A stretch of DNA of 64,000 nt from Nitrosopumilaceae archaeon. GTDB lineage: Archaea; Thermoproteota; Nitrososphaeria; Nitrososphaerales; Nitrosopumilaceae. Shown piece by piece: positions 32,701 through 39,389 of the stretch. Within the stretch, counting starts at the first letter, position 1; the number at the start of each line of letters is the position of its first letter. The position numbers and the translations under genes were made by a program. The stretch spans positions 416,001-480,000 of the forward strand of contig CBDCCK010000002.1 in the NCBI GenBank assembly GCA_965214835.1, given 5' to 3'. The notes beneath the pieces were generated by a model. The model saw only the letters and a program-made list of their open reading frames with translations, had not been told where the DNA came from and made no database searches.

Positions 32701-34696
32701 CGTCACCATACGAGGCGACTGCCGCGTACGTTTTATCGCCTATCGTGAAGACGTCCAGGCTTGTGGCGGTAGTGAGCAGTCTGGGCCCGCCATCACGCAG
32801 CTGCCCGGCAGGGGTAGCCGAGATCAGGGGGGTGGTATCCACTTCGGCCGCCACTATGTCAAAGGTCTCAGAGTCGGTGCCTCCGCGGCCGTCGTTTACC
32901 GTTATTGTAACCTCGTGGGTCTGCCCGGCGTCTGCCTGAACCGGCGTCCAGGTGATGCTGCCGTCAGATGTGGAAAACACGGCAGCCGCCGGCAGCGTGC
33001 CGCGCGTGATGGAATACGTGTGCGTGTCAGTCGTGTCGGCGTCAGTTACGGTAGGCGTTATGGTCAGCTGGACTCCCACCGTAGCGGCCCGGTCGCCTAT
33101 CGTTCCCAGGACGGGGTCGTTGTTGCCGCGCACGACAGTTACAGTTACGGTGCCCTGTGTCGTGTCGGTGCCGTCAGTTACGGTATAACTGAAGGTGTCC
33201 GTACCATCATAGTCCTGGTCCGGGGTGTAAATTATGGTAGTATCATCATGTGTTGCAGTCCCGTTTGGCGGATCAGATACTGTCGATATTGCCGGGGTAT
33301 CCGATGTATCGGGATCCGATATATTCGGCGTTATGGCAATGGGTGTGTCCTCTAGAGTGATTGCCATCTCGGCCGGTGCCACCGGCGGTTCGTTGGGAGT
33401 CTCTGCCTCCGCGCCCAGTCGCACCAGCTGGATTCCGCGGTCATCTATAGCGGCTACCACGGCATAGATGGTGGTTCCTATTGCAAAAACATCCACAGCG
33501 CGGGCGCCGTCAAGCAGCAGGTCGGGGGTGTCTTTTAGCTGCCCGGCCTCGGTCGGATTGTCGGGATCAGTGACGTTTACAATCTGGAGGCCGTCCTCTT
33601 GTTGAGATATTACTGCCGCGTAGGCTCCATGTCCAATTACAAATGTGTCCACACCCCAAGCAGCACGAAGCAGCGTAGAGTCGCCATCCCCCAGATTTCC
33701 GGCGGGCGTCGGGTTGTCAGGATCGGTGACGTTTACAATCTGGAGGCCGTGTTCCCGATTAGAGGAGACTGCGGCGTAGGTGTTGCTGCCTATCATAAAG
33801 ACGTCCACGCCTACAGCGCGATCAAGCAGTCTGGAGCCGTTATCCCCCAGATTTCCGGCGGGCGTCGGGTTGTCAGGATCGGTGACGTTTACAATCTGGA
33901 GGCCGTTGTCGTCATTGGAGGCAACTGCCGCGTAGGTGTTGTCACCGGCCCGGAAGATGTCCACGTATCTGGAGTCGTCAAGCCGGAGGGAGCCCGTGTC
34001 GTCCAGCTGTCCAGATACTGCAGGATTGTGCGGATCGGTGACGTTTACAATCTGGAGGCCGCTGTCGCCGGAGGTGACTGCGGCGTATGTACGGAGGTCT
34101 ACATCGAATACGGCCACGCTGAATGGACCGCTAATCAGCGACGTACTGTTAAGGCTTCCGGCGGGCGACGGGGCGGCCGGGTTCGTGACGTCTACAATCT
34201 GGAGGCCGTCTAACTGGGCGACGACTGCGGCGTAGGTGTTGCTGCCTATCGTGAAGATGTCTACGCCGCGGGCGACGTTAAGCGATAGATCATCACCCCT
34301 GTCTAACAGCTGTCCTACGGCGTCCGGGGTGGACGGATTGGTGACGTTTACAATCTGGAGGCCGTCGTCGGTCTGGGAAGCCACCGCCGCGTAGGTGTTG
34401 TTGCCTATTGTGAAGACGTCCACGTCTGAGGCGCCCTCAAGCAGCAGTGTGTTATTATCTCTCAGACTGCCGACGGCAGTCACCTCGATCTCGCTCTGCT
34501 GCGCATATGCCTCCCCCTGCAGGGCTCCGGCTGAGGTCATAAGGCCCAGGACGGCGGCCACAATGAACACTAGGTGCAGGGAGGCAGTACTTGCAAGGGC
34601 CCGGTGGGGTTTATGCTGCCGTACCGCGGCTATGGCAGGCCACCTCCGGATTCGAGTGTGATCCCCCCATGTAGTCTGGTTTGCCTTCTTGTACAA
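20726..34696 (-). CDS. Giant (4656 aa) surface protein: six LVIVD-repeat clusters, cadherin/Ig-like and DUF5011-like repeats, PEPEP linker, CFI-box C-terminal domain
   Basis: Signal-like N-terminus ending EAYAQ; about 40 GLQIV(D/N)VTDP repeats; DTTPPVITV...DPGATA Ig repeats; CLIATAAYG...LREIRD C-terminal domain with a TM helix. The start codon is uncertain. Confidence 0.9.
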   Translation of the reverse strand: MYKKANQTTWGDHTRIRRWPAIAAVRQHKPHRALASTASLHLVFIVAAVLGLMTSAGALQGEAYAQQSEIEVTAVGSLRDNNTLLLEGASDVDVFTIGNNTYAAVASQTDDGLQIVNVTNPSTPDAVGQLLDRGDDLSLNVARGVDIFTIGSNTYAAVVAQLDGLQIVDVTNPAAPSPAGSLNSTSLISGPFSVAVFDVDLRTYAAVTSGDSGLQIVNVTDPHNPAVSGQLDDTGSLRLDDSRYVDIFRAGDNTYAAVASNDDNGLQIVNVTDPDNPTPAGNLGDNGSRLLDRAVGVDVFMIGSNTYAAVSSNREHGLQIVNVTDPDNPTPAGNLGDGDSTLLRAAWGVDTFVIGHGAYAAVISQQEDGLQIVNVTDPDNPTEAGQLKDTPDLLLDGARAVDVFAIGTTIYAVVAAIDDRGIQLVRLGAEAETPNEPPVAPAEMAITLEDTPIAITPNISDPDTSDTPAISTVSDPPNGTATHDDTTIIYTPDQDYDGTDTFSYTVTDGTDTTQGTVTVTVVRGNNDPVLGTIGDRAATVGVQLTITPTVTDADTTDTHTYSITRGTLPAAAVFSTSDGSITWTPVQADAGQTHEVTITVNDGRGGTDSETFDIVAAEVDTTPLISATPAGQLRDGGPRLLTTATSLDVFTIGDKTYAAVASYGDDALQIINVTDPDSPSAAGHLADTNSLRLDGAYGVDVFTIGDKTYAAVASHGDDALQIVNVTDSDNPEASGSVEDTEPAGGIDDELLLEKSRGVAVFVIGDKTYAAVTSSRDRGLQIINVTDPDNPAPAGQLKDTAGAGGLLLAGPWGVDVFTVGGSTYAAVASFADNGLQIVNVTDPRNPAPAGQLKDTAGAGGLLLAGSVGVDTFTTAHGTYVAVASEKDNGLQIVNVTDPRNPAPAGHLADTEPASDGDDELLLEKSRGVAVFVMGDNTYATVTSFADNGLQIVDVTDPDNPAPAGQLKDTAGGGELLLDRAFGVDIFAVGGNTYAAVASRADNGIQIARLSDITPPAFASAALDEGTGTMTITFSETIDVSETDLSMLYVSDTGGIDEVALTGAAFDSNAADSATISLTLTQAHLNRIIQMGTPQLDIGAAAVYDLFVNHIGAVPDNPITVTADTVRPTFASAALGESTGTMTITFSKTIDVSETDLSMLYVSDTGGIDEVALTGAAFDSNAADSATISLTLTQSHLNQIAPMVTPQLDIKTGAVLDLAGNDIDTASDNPIDITKPEFISARLGSLEDTSSTELEGASGVAVFTVDTNTYAAVASYDDDGLQIVDVSDPDNPAAAGSLGDDTTRLLEGASGVAVFTVDTNTYAAVVSEIDDGLQIVDVSDPDNPAAAGSLGDDTTRLLEGASGVAVFTVDTNTYAAVASFTDNGLQIVDVSDPDNPAAAGSLGDDTTRLLEGAYTADVFTIGTSTYIAVVSEIDDGLQIVDVSDPDNPAAAGSLGDDTTRLLEGASGVAVFTVDTNTYAAVASFTDNGLQIVDVSDPDNPAAAGSLGDDTTRLLEGASGVAVFTIGTNTYVAVASETDDGLQIVDVSDPANPTDAGSLGDTSDLLLDGAYAADVFTIGSNTYAAVASYDDHGIQLVRLGAEAETPNNPPVAPDDAATTPEDTAVIITPAISDPDVADTPRISAVDDPPNGAATHDDTTITYTPDTDYEGTDTFEYTISDGTDTAQGTITVTVTRDNNDPVLGTIGDRAATVGVQLTITPTITDDDTTDTHTYSISRGTLPAAAVFSTSDGTLVWTPVPADAGQTHTVTITVNDGRGGTDSETFDIAVGDAPPTLTLTPVGNIGDNPQLLLDGAHDVDTFQIGTNTYAAVVSESDNGLQIIDVTDPDNPTAAGSLGDTSDELLLVGARGVDIFKIGTNTYAAVASNHDDGIQIVNVTDPDNLTAAGSLKDDGSKLLDGAVSVSVFKIGGSTYAAVASHNEHGIQIVNVTDPDNPAAAGSLGDGTQTILNGPRSVDVFMIGGSTYAAVAAESNSNNGLQIVDVTDPDNPAAAGNLGDDTSTLLLGARGVDTFQIGTNTYAAVASNREHGLQIVDVTDPDNPAAAGNLGDDTSTLLRNARGVDTFQIGANTYAAVTSNNEDGLQIVDVTDPDSPTAAGSLGDDGTGGTLLLDGAGSVAVFKIGANTYAAVTSNSDDGLQLVRLDEAAETPNAPPVAPAATATTAEDTPVTITPAISDPDTSDTPTISAVENPPNGTTIHDGTTITYTPDADYEGTDTFGYTVSDGTDTAQGTITVTVTPDNNAPVLGTIGDQTATPGTQLTITPSVTDADPTDTHTYSISRGTLPAAAAFTTSDGRIAWTPVQADAGQTHTVTITVNDGRGGTDSETFDIAVAAGGDTTPPVITVTGADPLVHELGDTFVDPGATADDGSAVTADDSAVDFGNAGTYTITYMATDNDGNKGTATRDITIQDTTAPTITPNGKSSVAVVLGGTYTEQGATVSDNDPDYAGTVSIGGDTVDVSTAGIYVVTYTATADDAGNAPDAAERTVTVLDQSELTIALLENPAAAGQLEDTEGPGQLLLEHTRGVETFVTGGKTYAVVASFGDGGLQIVDVSDPDSPEAAGQLADTNSLLLGGASDVDIFAINARTYAAVTSITDGGLQIVDVTNPAGPSATGLLEDTLGGGIDLLLDDTTSVDTFTITDGTDDRTYAVVTSDNDGGLQIVNVTDPENPDAVGQVRDNGSRLLANTAGVAIFEADARTYAAVTSGSDGGLQIVNVTDPENPDAVGMLRDDNARLLGGTSGVAIFEADARTYAAVTSRGDGGLQIVDVTDPTAPSAAGQLRDDNARLLDDTIDVDIFTAGGRTYAAVTAVTDDAFDGLQIVDVTNPANPRDAGKLPNSSILLLHGASGVDTFVIGTSTYAAVTSGEDGGLQIAELAAADITAPAFSSATLDETTGMMSITFDETIDVSATDLSKLYVSDTGASDEVAMTDATFDDAVPDSETIQLVLTTAQLALVVPMDAPQLDIAAGAVSDPAGNAIGDEPDRAIVLAGANVAPVAPDVHVSAYKNTPVTIDPAMSDPDAADTPRISAVDDPPNGAVTHDDTAITYTPDTDYAGLDSFAYTVTDGTDTARGTVTVYVSLDLLKSPAAAGSLEDTDDEMTEGIITEEGLLLDNTRAVDTFRIGAGTYAAVVSFEDDGLQVVSMTDPAAPAPAGQLKDDESLLLDGAYDVAVFTIGGSTYAAVASNVDNGLQIVDISDPDNPAPAGNLEDVEEPDELFLHGATAVDTFVINGNTYAAVVSEHDGGLQIVDISDPDNPAPAGRLEDTAGMRLTRLVAVDTFVISDNTYAAVASYENNGLKIIDVTDPDNPEPAGQLRDDGDASLLLSTSFGIDTFTINGNTYAAVTSRSEGGLQIIDVTDPHNPAPAGRLTDDPSLLLRFTHGVDTFVLGNHTYAAVTSRGEDGLQIVDVSDPASPEDVGGLKDMSSLLLNDATGVKTFVAGNHTYAAVTSEKDGGLQTVRLSDIDTTPPVITVTGANPLTHELGDPYTDPGATTVDGSPVTADVSAVDTDTEGDYTVTYTATDPNGNEASDARTVQVRDTTPPVITLTGGDVTVELGGTYAEQGATVSDNDPAYAETVNADFSAVDTSLAGSYIVTYTASPDGANNTPDPVERRVTVQDTTNPVIAISGDSPLLHELGSPYSDPGATVTDNDPAYAGTVSIGGDAVNVDVTGTYVVTYTASPDGANNTPDPVERRVTVQDTTNPVIAISGDSPLLHELGSPYSDPGATVTDNDPAYAGTVATDDTAVNVNESGSYIVTYTASPDGANNTPDPVERRVTVQDTTKPVITVNGPPSLTLQLGSPYTEQGATVTDNDPAYAGTVSIGGDTVNVDVTGTYVVTYTASPDGAGLAPDPAERIVIVQDTAAPVITISGDSPLAHELGTAYDDPGATADDGSAVVTDDTAVDVTRRGDYHVTYTATDGEGNTGTAIRIVHVRDTLPPVITVSGDDPVTVELGDLYADAGATATDNDPAYDGTVTADTSAIDTGQAGTYTVTYAAADDGGNEATATRIVMIRDTTPPVITVSGDDPAVVELGGTYADAGATSTDNDPDYTDTVMTDTSAVDTGIAGNYTVTYAAADDGGNEATATRVVTVRDTTPPVIMPSGDDPFVSELGVPYVDPGAVVTDNDPAYRGTVSVDSAAVDTGTVGDYVVTYTASADAAGLAPDPVTRQVHVRDTSPPAFESATLDENTGAMTITFSKAVDVSATGLTLLHVSDVNQADMVPLAGAIFDFDSADVETLSLTLADSQMEQVIPMDMPQLDIAADAVSDLRGNLIDASPDNPITLTERVQVREDDGAGTGRINSGGGGGGGGGRTNVITSSAGVDLAYIASISWDCTAGLVTITAGPVSDDLSISIRTTESSVTKVTATGQTVGGLLAFTGPISQSETYIGVSAILQSGGGLSSDYESVNVDACVGQRTYDIPASLSVDIDTVGQPSDAIDEPQPPVPEPEPVVQPEPEPQPPVPEPEPVVQPEPEPQPPVPEPEPVVQPEPEPQPPVPEPEPVVQPEPTPAPMPGGSCLIATAAYGTEMASQVQALREIRDGALLSTDSGASFVAGFNSVYYMFSPAVADLERQSPAFREAVRIVISPMISTLSIMSLAEEGSESSVLALGASVIALNVGMYVAAPAAAIVAARRLHAQAK
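21130..21332 (-). repeat. 51-bp tandem repeat x4 (PQPPVPEPEPVVQPEPE linker)
   Basis: Near-identical repeated units in the nucleotide sequence. Confidence 0.9.
29940..30960 (-). repeat. Near-identical ~153-bp tandem repeats (third propeller cluster)
   Basis: GLQIVDVSDPDNPAAAGSLGDDTTRLLEGA repeated with almost identical DNA. Confidence 0.9.
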
Positions 34697-34804
34697 GCCA
34701 CCTGGGGCGGGTCGTGCATATGCCGTCTAGCTGCGTACCGGCCCCCATACAGTAAGGAACCGGACTAGGCCGTCCTGCCTCCCCGACGGTGGGGCTCGGG
34801 TCGG

Positions 34805-34895
34805 CCCCCCCCCCCAGTCCAATGATCGCCATATGCTTGACAGGAAAAAGGCAAGATGGACATGGTCAAGTCAGGTGGGTCTACCCCCCCCCCCC
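34805..34895 (-). promoter_or_regulatory. Two homopolymer tracts (G11 and G12 on the coding strand) upstream of the giant gene
   Basis: C11 at 34805-34815 and C12 at 34884-34895. A regulatory role is inferred only. Confidence 0.45.
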
Positions 34896-35024
34896 GTGAC
34901 TGCCTATACTTGCAAGGGTGCAGTGTAAGGGATTCATCACAATATCAGGTTTAAGCTGGATCCGGTTATTAAGTATAGATCTGGGCAGAGTCTGCTGCAT
35001 GACCCCTCCCCATACGACTCGCCT

Positions 35025-35163
35025 GAGAGTTGATTCGAAATTAGCAAATTCTGATTATTTGTGAACGAATTTGCATGAAACAGCTCAAAACATCAACAAA
35101 ATATAAGTTATCTATAAAATTACTTGAAAAACTCGTATGGCCTCTAATTTCAGATCACCTCTC
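35025..35163. mobile_element. MITE family F (~139 bp)
   Basis: TIR GAGAGTTGATTCGAAATTA / TAATTTCAGATCACCTCTC. Inverted homologue at 63010..63270. Confidence 0.8.
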
Positions 35164-35345
35164 TGGCCGCAGCACAGCCATGCCGGCCGCAGGGACGGCC
35201 TGCCAACCGCCCCACAGCACCACGCGCGGCTCGGACATGCAAGCCACGCGCGGACATTCCGGCATGACTGCAGGCAGGGCAGGCGCCTCGCTCAGGGCAT
35301 GCCTGCCCCCGAAAATTTTAATCTGATCAACGCCTGACAGAATGC

Positions 35346-35732
35346 ATGGACTTGATGCAGATGGCACCGCTGGTAATCTATGACGACAGGTGCTATCTGT
35401 GCGTCAGGTTTGCCCGGATTGTAAGCACCCTGGGAAGGGGAAGGCTGATGACGATAGGCCACTATTCAAGGACTGGAGAGGATCTGCGTAAAAGGATCCT
35501 GGACTCTAGTGCGCTGGAGATGTTTTGGTTCGTGGACGGAAAGACCGCGTTTGGCGGAAGGGCCGCGCTGCTGCCGCTGCTAAGGGCAGTCATGTTCTCA
35601 AAAAAAGCCCGCCGGGAGGCCGCAAGGCCGGACGGATCATGCAAGTCAGAGTGCAAAAATGTCAGGGCCGTCTTTTTTAGATCCGCCAGCCTGCTCTCAA
35701 ACAGCAGGACAGTCCGAATCAGACAAGCATAA
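35346..35732 (+). CDS. DCC1-like thiol-disulfide oxidoreductase family protein
   Basis: N-terminal YDDRCYLC (DxxCxLC) motif. Confidence 0.8.
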   Translation: MDLMQMAPLVIYDDRCYLCVRFARIVSTLGRGRLMTIGHYSRTGEDLRKRILDSSALEMFWFVDGKTAFGGRAALLPLLRAVMFSKKARREAARPDGSCKSECKNVRAVFFRSASLLSNSRTVRIRQA

Positions 35733-35759
35733 AATACCGGGAAAAACTAGGGACGCCAA

Positions 35760-37229
35760 ATGCCGACAAAGTCACAGGACGTCGACCCCGGGAGGAAGAA
35801 AACCCAGCTGCTGTGCGCGTTTGTCCTGGAGGGATCCCCGCGCGCGCTCGGGCTGGAAAAGACGGACGGCGAGATCTCAAGGGCAATAAAACAGTCCGCG
35901 GTGGAGATCGGGGGCAAGCTGGGAAAGACCTCGGTAATCAACACGCTGGGAAGGCTTCCGGCAGAGAGGATCCTCCTTGCCGGCCTCGGGGGGGAGATCA
36001 CCCCAGATACGTTCAGGATCGCAGCAGGCAGGATGGCCCTCAAGGCAAGGGAGGTCGGGGTCTCGGAGTTTTCCGTCATAGTTCCAAAAAGCCACGTCTA
36101 CGACCCGTTTTCCTCCGTGCCACAGATCATCGAGGGGGCAATGATGTCGCTGTTCTCCTTTGATGACTACAAAAGCGAGAGATCCGGAAAGGGCCCGGAG
36201 ATGACCCTGCTTGTATCGGACTCGGCAAGGATGAAGAGGGTGATTCGTGAGGCAGAAAGGACGGCAGACGCCGTTATCTTTGCAAAGGCGATGGCAAACC
36301 TGCCTCCAAATGACTGCGTGCCGGCAACGCTGGCATCGGCTGCAAGATCGCTTGCAAAAGGCAAGATGAGGTGTAAGGTAATCTCCAAGTCCGGGCTCAA
36401 GAGGCAGGGATTTGGAGGAATCACCGCGGTAGGGCAGGGAAGCAGGAACGAGCCCAAGCTGATCATACTGGAGTACAACGGCGGCAGGCGCGGGCAAAGG
36501 CCGGTCGTGCTGGTGGGAAAGGCAGTGACGTTTGACACGGGCGGAATCTCACTAAAGCCCGGTGACAAGATGGACGAGATGAAGTTTGACAAGTGCGGGG
36601 GATGCACCGTACTGGGAATAATGAAGGCAGTCTCGGAGCTAAAGCTCAAGCAAAACATAGTAGGAATCATTCCGTCCGTTGAGAACATGCCGGGTGGAGA
36701 ATCATACAGGCCAGGGGACATCATCAGGCTGTACAGCGGAAAGACCGCAGAGATCATAAACACAGATGCAGAGGGCAGGCTGATTCTGGCAGACGCGCTG
36801 GCCTACGGCGAGAAAAAGTACTCACCAAGGGCAATCATCGACTTTGCCACACTGACCGGTGCCTGCATTGTAGCACTGGGCACCAACGTGGCGGCAATGG
36901 TAACAAACGATAGCGGCCTGGCAGAAAGGTTCAGGCAGGCATCGGAGAACACGGCCGAGGCAGTCTGGCAGCTGCCACTCAACGACGACTATATGGGCAT
37001 GATAAGGTCAGAGGTGGCCGACATCAAAAACATGGGAACGGGCAAGGCGGCAGGAACGATTGCAGCTGCCGCGTTCCTGAGGGAGGCCGTAGAAAAGACC
37101 CCCTGGATACACTTTGACATTGCAGGAGTGGCGTGGACGCAGGTGGCAACAAAGGAAAAGCCGTACAATCCCAAGGGTGCAACGGGGTTTGGGGTAAGAA
37201 TGATCCTGGACTTTCTCGGCAGAAGGTAG
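35760..37229 (+). CDS. pepA: Leucyl aminopeptidase (M17)
   Basis: GKAVTFDTGGISLK, MKFDKCG, NTDAEGRL and ATLTGA motifs. Confidence 0.95.
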   Translation: MPTKSQDVDPGRKKTQLLCAFVLEGSPRALGLEKTDGEISRAIKQSAVEIGGKLGKTSVINTLGRLPAERILLAGLGGEITPDTFRIAAGRMALKAREVGVSEFSVIVPKSHVYDPFSSVPQIIEGAMMSLFSFDDYKSERSGKGPEMTLLVSDSARMKRVIREAERTADAVIFAKAMANLPPNDCVPATLASAARSLAKGKMRCKVISKSGLKRQGFGGITAVGQGSRNEPKLIILEYNGGRRGQRPVVLVGKAVTFDTGGISLKPGDKMDEMKFDKCGGCTVLGIMKAVSELKLKQNIVGIIPSVENMPGGESYRPGDIIRLYSGKTAEIINTDAEGRLILADALAYGEKKYSPRAIIDFATLTGACIVALGTNVAAMVTNDSGLAERFRQASENTAEAVWQLPLNDDYMGMIRSEVADIKNMGTGKAAGTIAAAAFLREAVEKTPWIHFDIAGVAWTQVATKEKPYNPKGATGFGVRMILDFLGRR

Positions 37230-37358
37230 TCAATAGCCCCGGCTGTTTCGGTTCGGCCTGCCCGCATCGGGATTCCTCCATCCGTGCCTTTCCATCAGGT
37301 GGTTTAGCAGCCTGATGTCATCCTCGCATGGCTGGCCGCACACGGAGCAATCAGGCAT
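37230..37358 (-). CDS. 42-aa C2H2 zinc-finger microprotein
   Basis: MPDCSVCGQPCEDDIRLLNHLMERHGW matches C-x2-C-x12-H-x4-H. Confidence 0.5.
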   Translation of the reverse strand: MPDCSVCGQPCEDDIRLLNHLMERHGWRNPDAGRPNRNSRGY

Positions 37359-37392
37359 GTGATATCCAGAAAAGACCGGAATTAAAACCAAG

Positions 37393-37512
37393 GGATGCCA
37401 GCACTGTTGCTTCCCAAGGGCTCTCGCACCTAAGTAACACAACAGCGACGTCAGGTTTGACTTCCAAGTTCGGAAAGGGATTGGGTCGCACCCTAACGCT
37501 ATGGCCGGCTTG
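37393..37512 (-). rRNA. rrf: 5S rRNA (stand-alone)
   Basis: Reverse complement reads GCCGGCCATAGCGTTAGGGTGCGACCCAATCCCTTTCCGAACTTGGAAGTCAAACC...GGGAAGCAACAGTGCTGGC, about 120 nt with paired ends. Confidence 0.92.
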
Positions 37513-37601
37513 AGCATGATGCAGTCAGAGTCATCTATTAAGGTAACCCTCAAAACAGCCGTCAAAAGGGTATTAAACCCACGGATCCATGAAGCTATTC
37601 G

Positions 37602-39389
37602 ATGACCCACAGGGTTGCCGTCCTAGACAGGGAGCTTTGCCAGCCAAAAAAGTGCGGCCTGGAGTGTATAAAGTACTGCCCGGTAAACAAGTCCGGGGCA
37701 GACTGCATCGTGCTCAGCGAGGAGACAAGAAAGGCGCAAATCGACGAGGACGTCTGCAACGGATGCGGAATCTGCGTCAAGGTGTGCCCGTTTGATGCAA
37801 TAACGATCGTCAACCTTGCAGCGGAGCTTGCCGCAGACAAGGTTCACCAGTACGGGGCCAACTCGTTTAGGCTCTACAGGCTGCCCGTCCCAAAAAAGGG
37901 CCAGGTCATTGGGCTTCTTGGCAGGAACGGAATGGGAAAGAGCACCGTCCTCAGCATCCTGTCGGGGGGCCTAAAGCCCAACCTGGGAGACTATGAAAGC
38001 CCCCCGGACTGGGACGATATTCTAAGATACTATGGCGGAACCGAGCTAAAGTCGCACTTTCAGAAGATCATGGACGGACAGATCAGCGCGTCCATAAAGC
38101 CGCAGCAGGTCCATCACGTGGCCCGGGCGTTTGATGGAACCGGAAAAGACCTTTTGGAAAAATATGACCAAAGGGGGGCTGCCAGGCAGCTGACCAGGGA
38201 TCTGGGACTAGAGAACTCCATGGAGCAGTGCCTAGAAGAGCTGAGCGGCGGGGAGCTGCAGAGGCTGGCAGTGGCGGTGGCCGCATCAAGGGATGCGGAG
38301 TTTTACTTCTTCGACGAGCCCTCCTCATACAACGATGTCTTCCAGAGGACCGGAGTCGCCAAGACGATCCATGGCCTGGCAAAGATTGGAAAAAGCGTGA
38401 TGGTAGTAGAGCACGACCTGACCCTGCTGGACTATCTCAGTGACTATATCGAGGTCATATACGGCGAGCCGGCAGCCTATGGAATAGTCTCAAGCGTGTT
38501 GTCCACCAAGGTGGGCATCAATGTCTTCCTTGACGGCTATCTTCCAAGCGAGAACGTTAGGTTCAGGGACAAGCGGTTTACCTTTGACGTGTCATCGACG
38601 TCGACTGACGAGTTCCAGGAGGGGGGCGAGGTAATAACATACCCGAGACTCGAGAAGAGATACCCGACGTTTGCCGCATTCATCGACGGGGGCAGGGTGC
38701 GGAGGGGGGAGATCGTCGGAATCATGGGGGCCAACGCCCTGGGCAAGACGACGATGATGAAGATGATTGCAGGTGTCGAGGAGCCCGATGCCGGGGAGAC
38801 CGACAGGAAGGTAAGGATGTCATACAAGCCGCAATACCTGCAAAACGACGCCGATGTGGAGGTCGTCGCGTTGCTGGACAGGGCAAACGGGGGACAGATA
38901 GAGGGGAGCCTGGAGGAGGAGCAGATCATTGATCCGCTGAAAATCAAAAAGCTATACAACAAGTCGGTCAAAAACCTCTCCGGCGGGGAGCTGCAAAAGG
39001 TCGCAGTGGCCGCCTGCCTCCTGCAAAAGGCCGACCTGTATGCGCTAGACGAGCCCTCTGCATTCCTGGACGTGGAGGACAGGATTGCGATTGCAAAGTT
39101 CCTGCAAAAGTTCGTCCGCTCCTTTGGCAAGTCCGCAATCGTAATCGATCACGATATACAGCTGATGGACCTGATTTCTGACAGCATGGTAATCTTTGAG
39201 GGAACCCCCGGCCTTGAGGGCCACGCCACGTCACCGATGCCCAAGCCCGAGGCCATGAACAGGTTCCTGGGCACGCTGGGCATGTCGTTTAGAAGGGATG
39301 AAAAGTCAATGCGCCCGCGGGTAAACAAGACGGACAGCAGGCTGGACAAGGATCAAAGATCATCGGGCAACTTTTACTACACGAAATGA
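37602..39389 (+). CDS. rli: ABCE1/Rli1 ribosome recycling ATPase
   Basis: N-terminal 2x[4Fe-4S] Cys motifs and two ABC domains (GRNGMGKS, GANALGKT, LSGGELQ). Confidence 0.96.
   Translation: MTHRVAVLDRELCQPKKCGLECIKYCPVNKSGADCIVLSEETRKAQIDEDVCNGCGICVKVCPFDAITIVNLAAELAADKVHQYGANSFRLYRLPVPKKGQVIGLLGRNGMGKSTVLSILSGGLKPNLGDYESPPDWDDILRYYGGTELKSHFQKIMDGQISASIKPQQVHHVARAFDGTGKDLLEKYDQRGAARQLTRDLGLENSMEQCLEELSGGELQRLAVAVAASRDAEFYFFDEPSSYNDVFQRTGVAKTIHGLAKIGKSVMVVEHDLTLLDYLSDYIEVIYGEPAAYGIVSSVLSTKVGINVFLDGYLPSENVRFRDKRFTFDVSSTSTDEFQEGGEVITYPRLEKRYPTFAAFIDGGRVRRGEIVGIMGANALGKTTMMKMIAGVEEPDAGETDRKVRMSYKPQYLQNDADVEVVALLDRANGGQIEGSLEEEQIIDPLKIKKLYNKSVKNLSGGELQKVAVAACLLQKADLYALDEPSAFLDVEDRIAIAKFLQKFVRSFGKSAIVIDHDIQLMDLISDSMVIFEGTPGLEGHATSPMPKPEAMNRFLGTLGMSFRRDEKSMRPRVNKTDSRLDKDQRSSGNFYYTK

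Noticed and set aside
20735-34661. Many long plus-strand ORFs (up to 669 aa) opposite the giant gene
   Set aside because: They are antisense shadows of a GC-rich repetitive coding region and have no motifs.
34697-34832. G11 tract as a translational switch joining ATG 34832 to the giant ORF
   Set aside because: A TAG at about 34729-34727 in the giant ORF frame blocks the fusion whatever the tract length.
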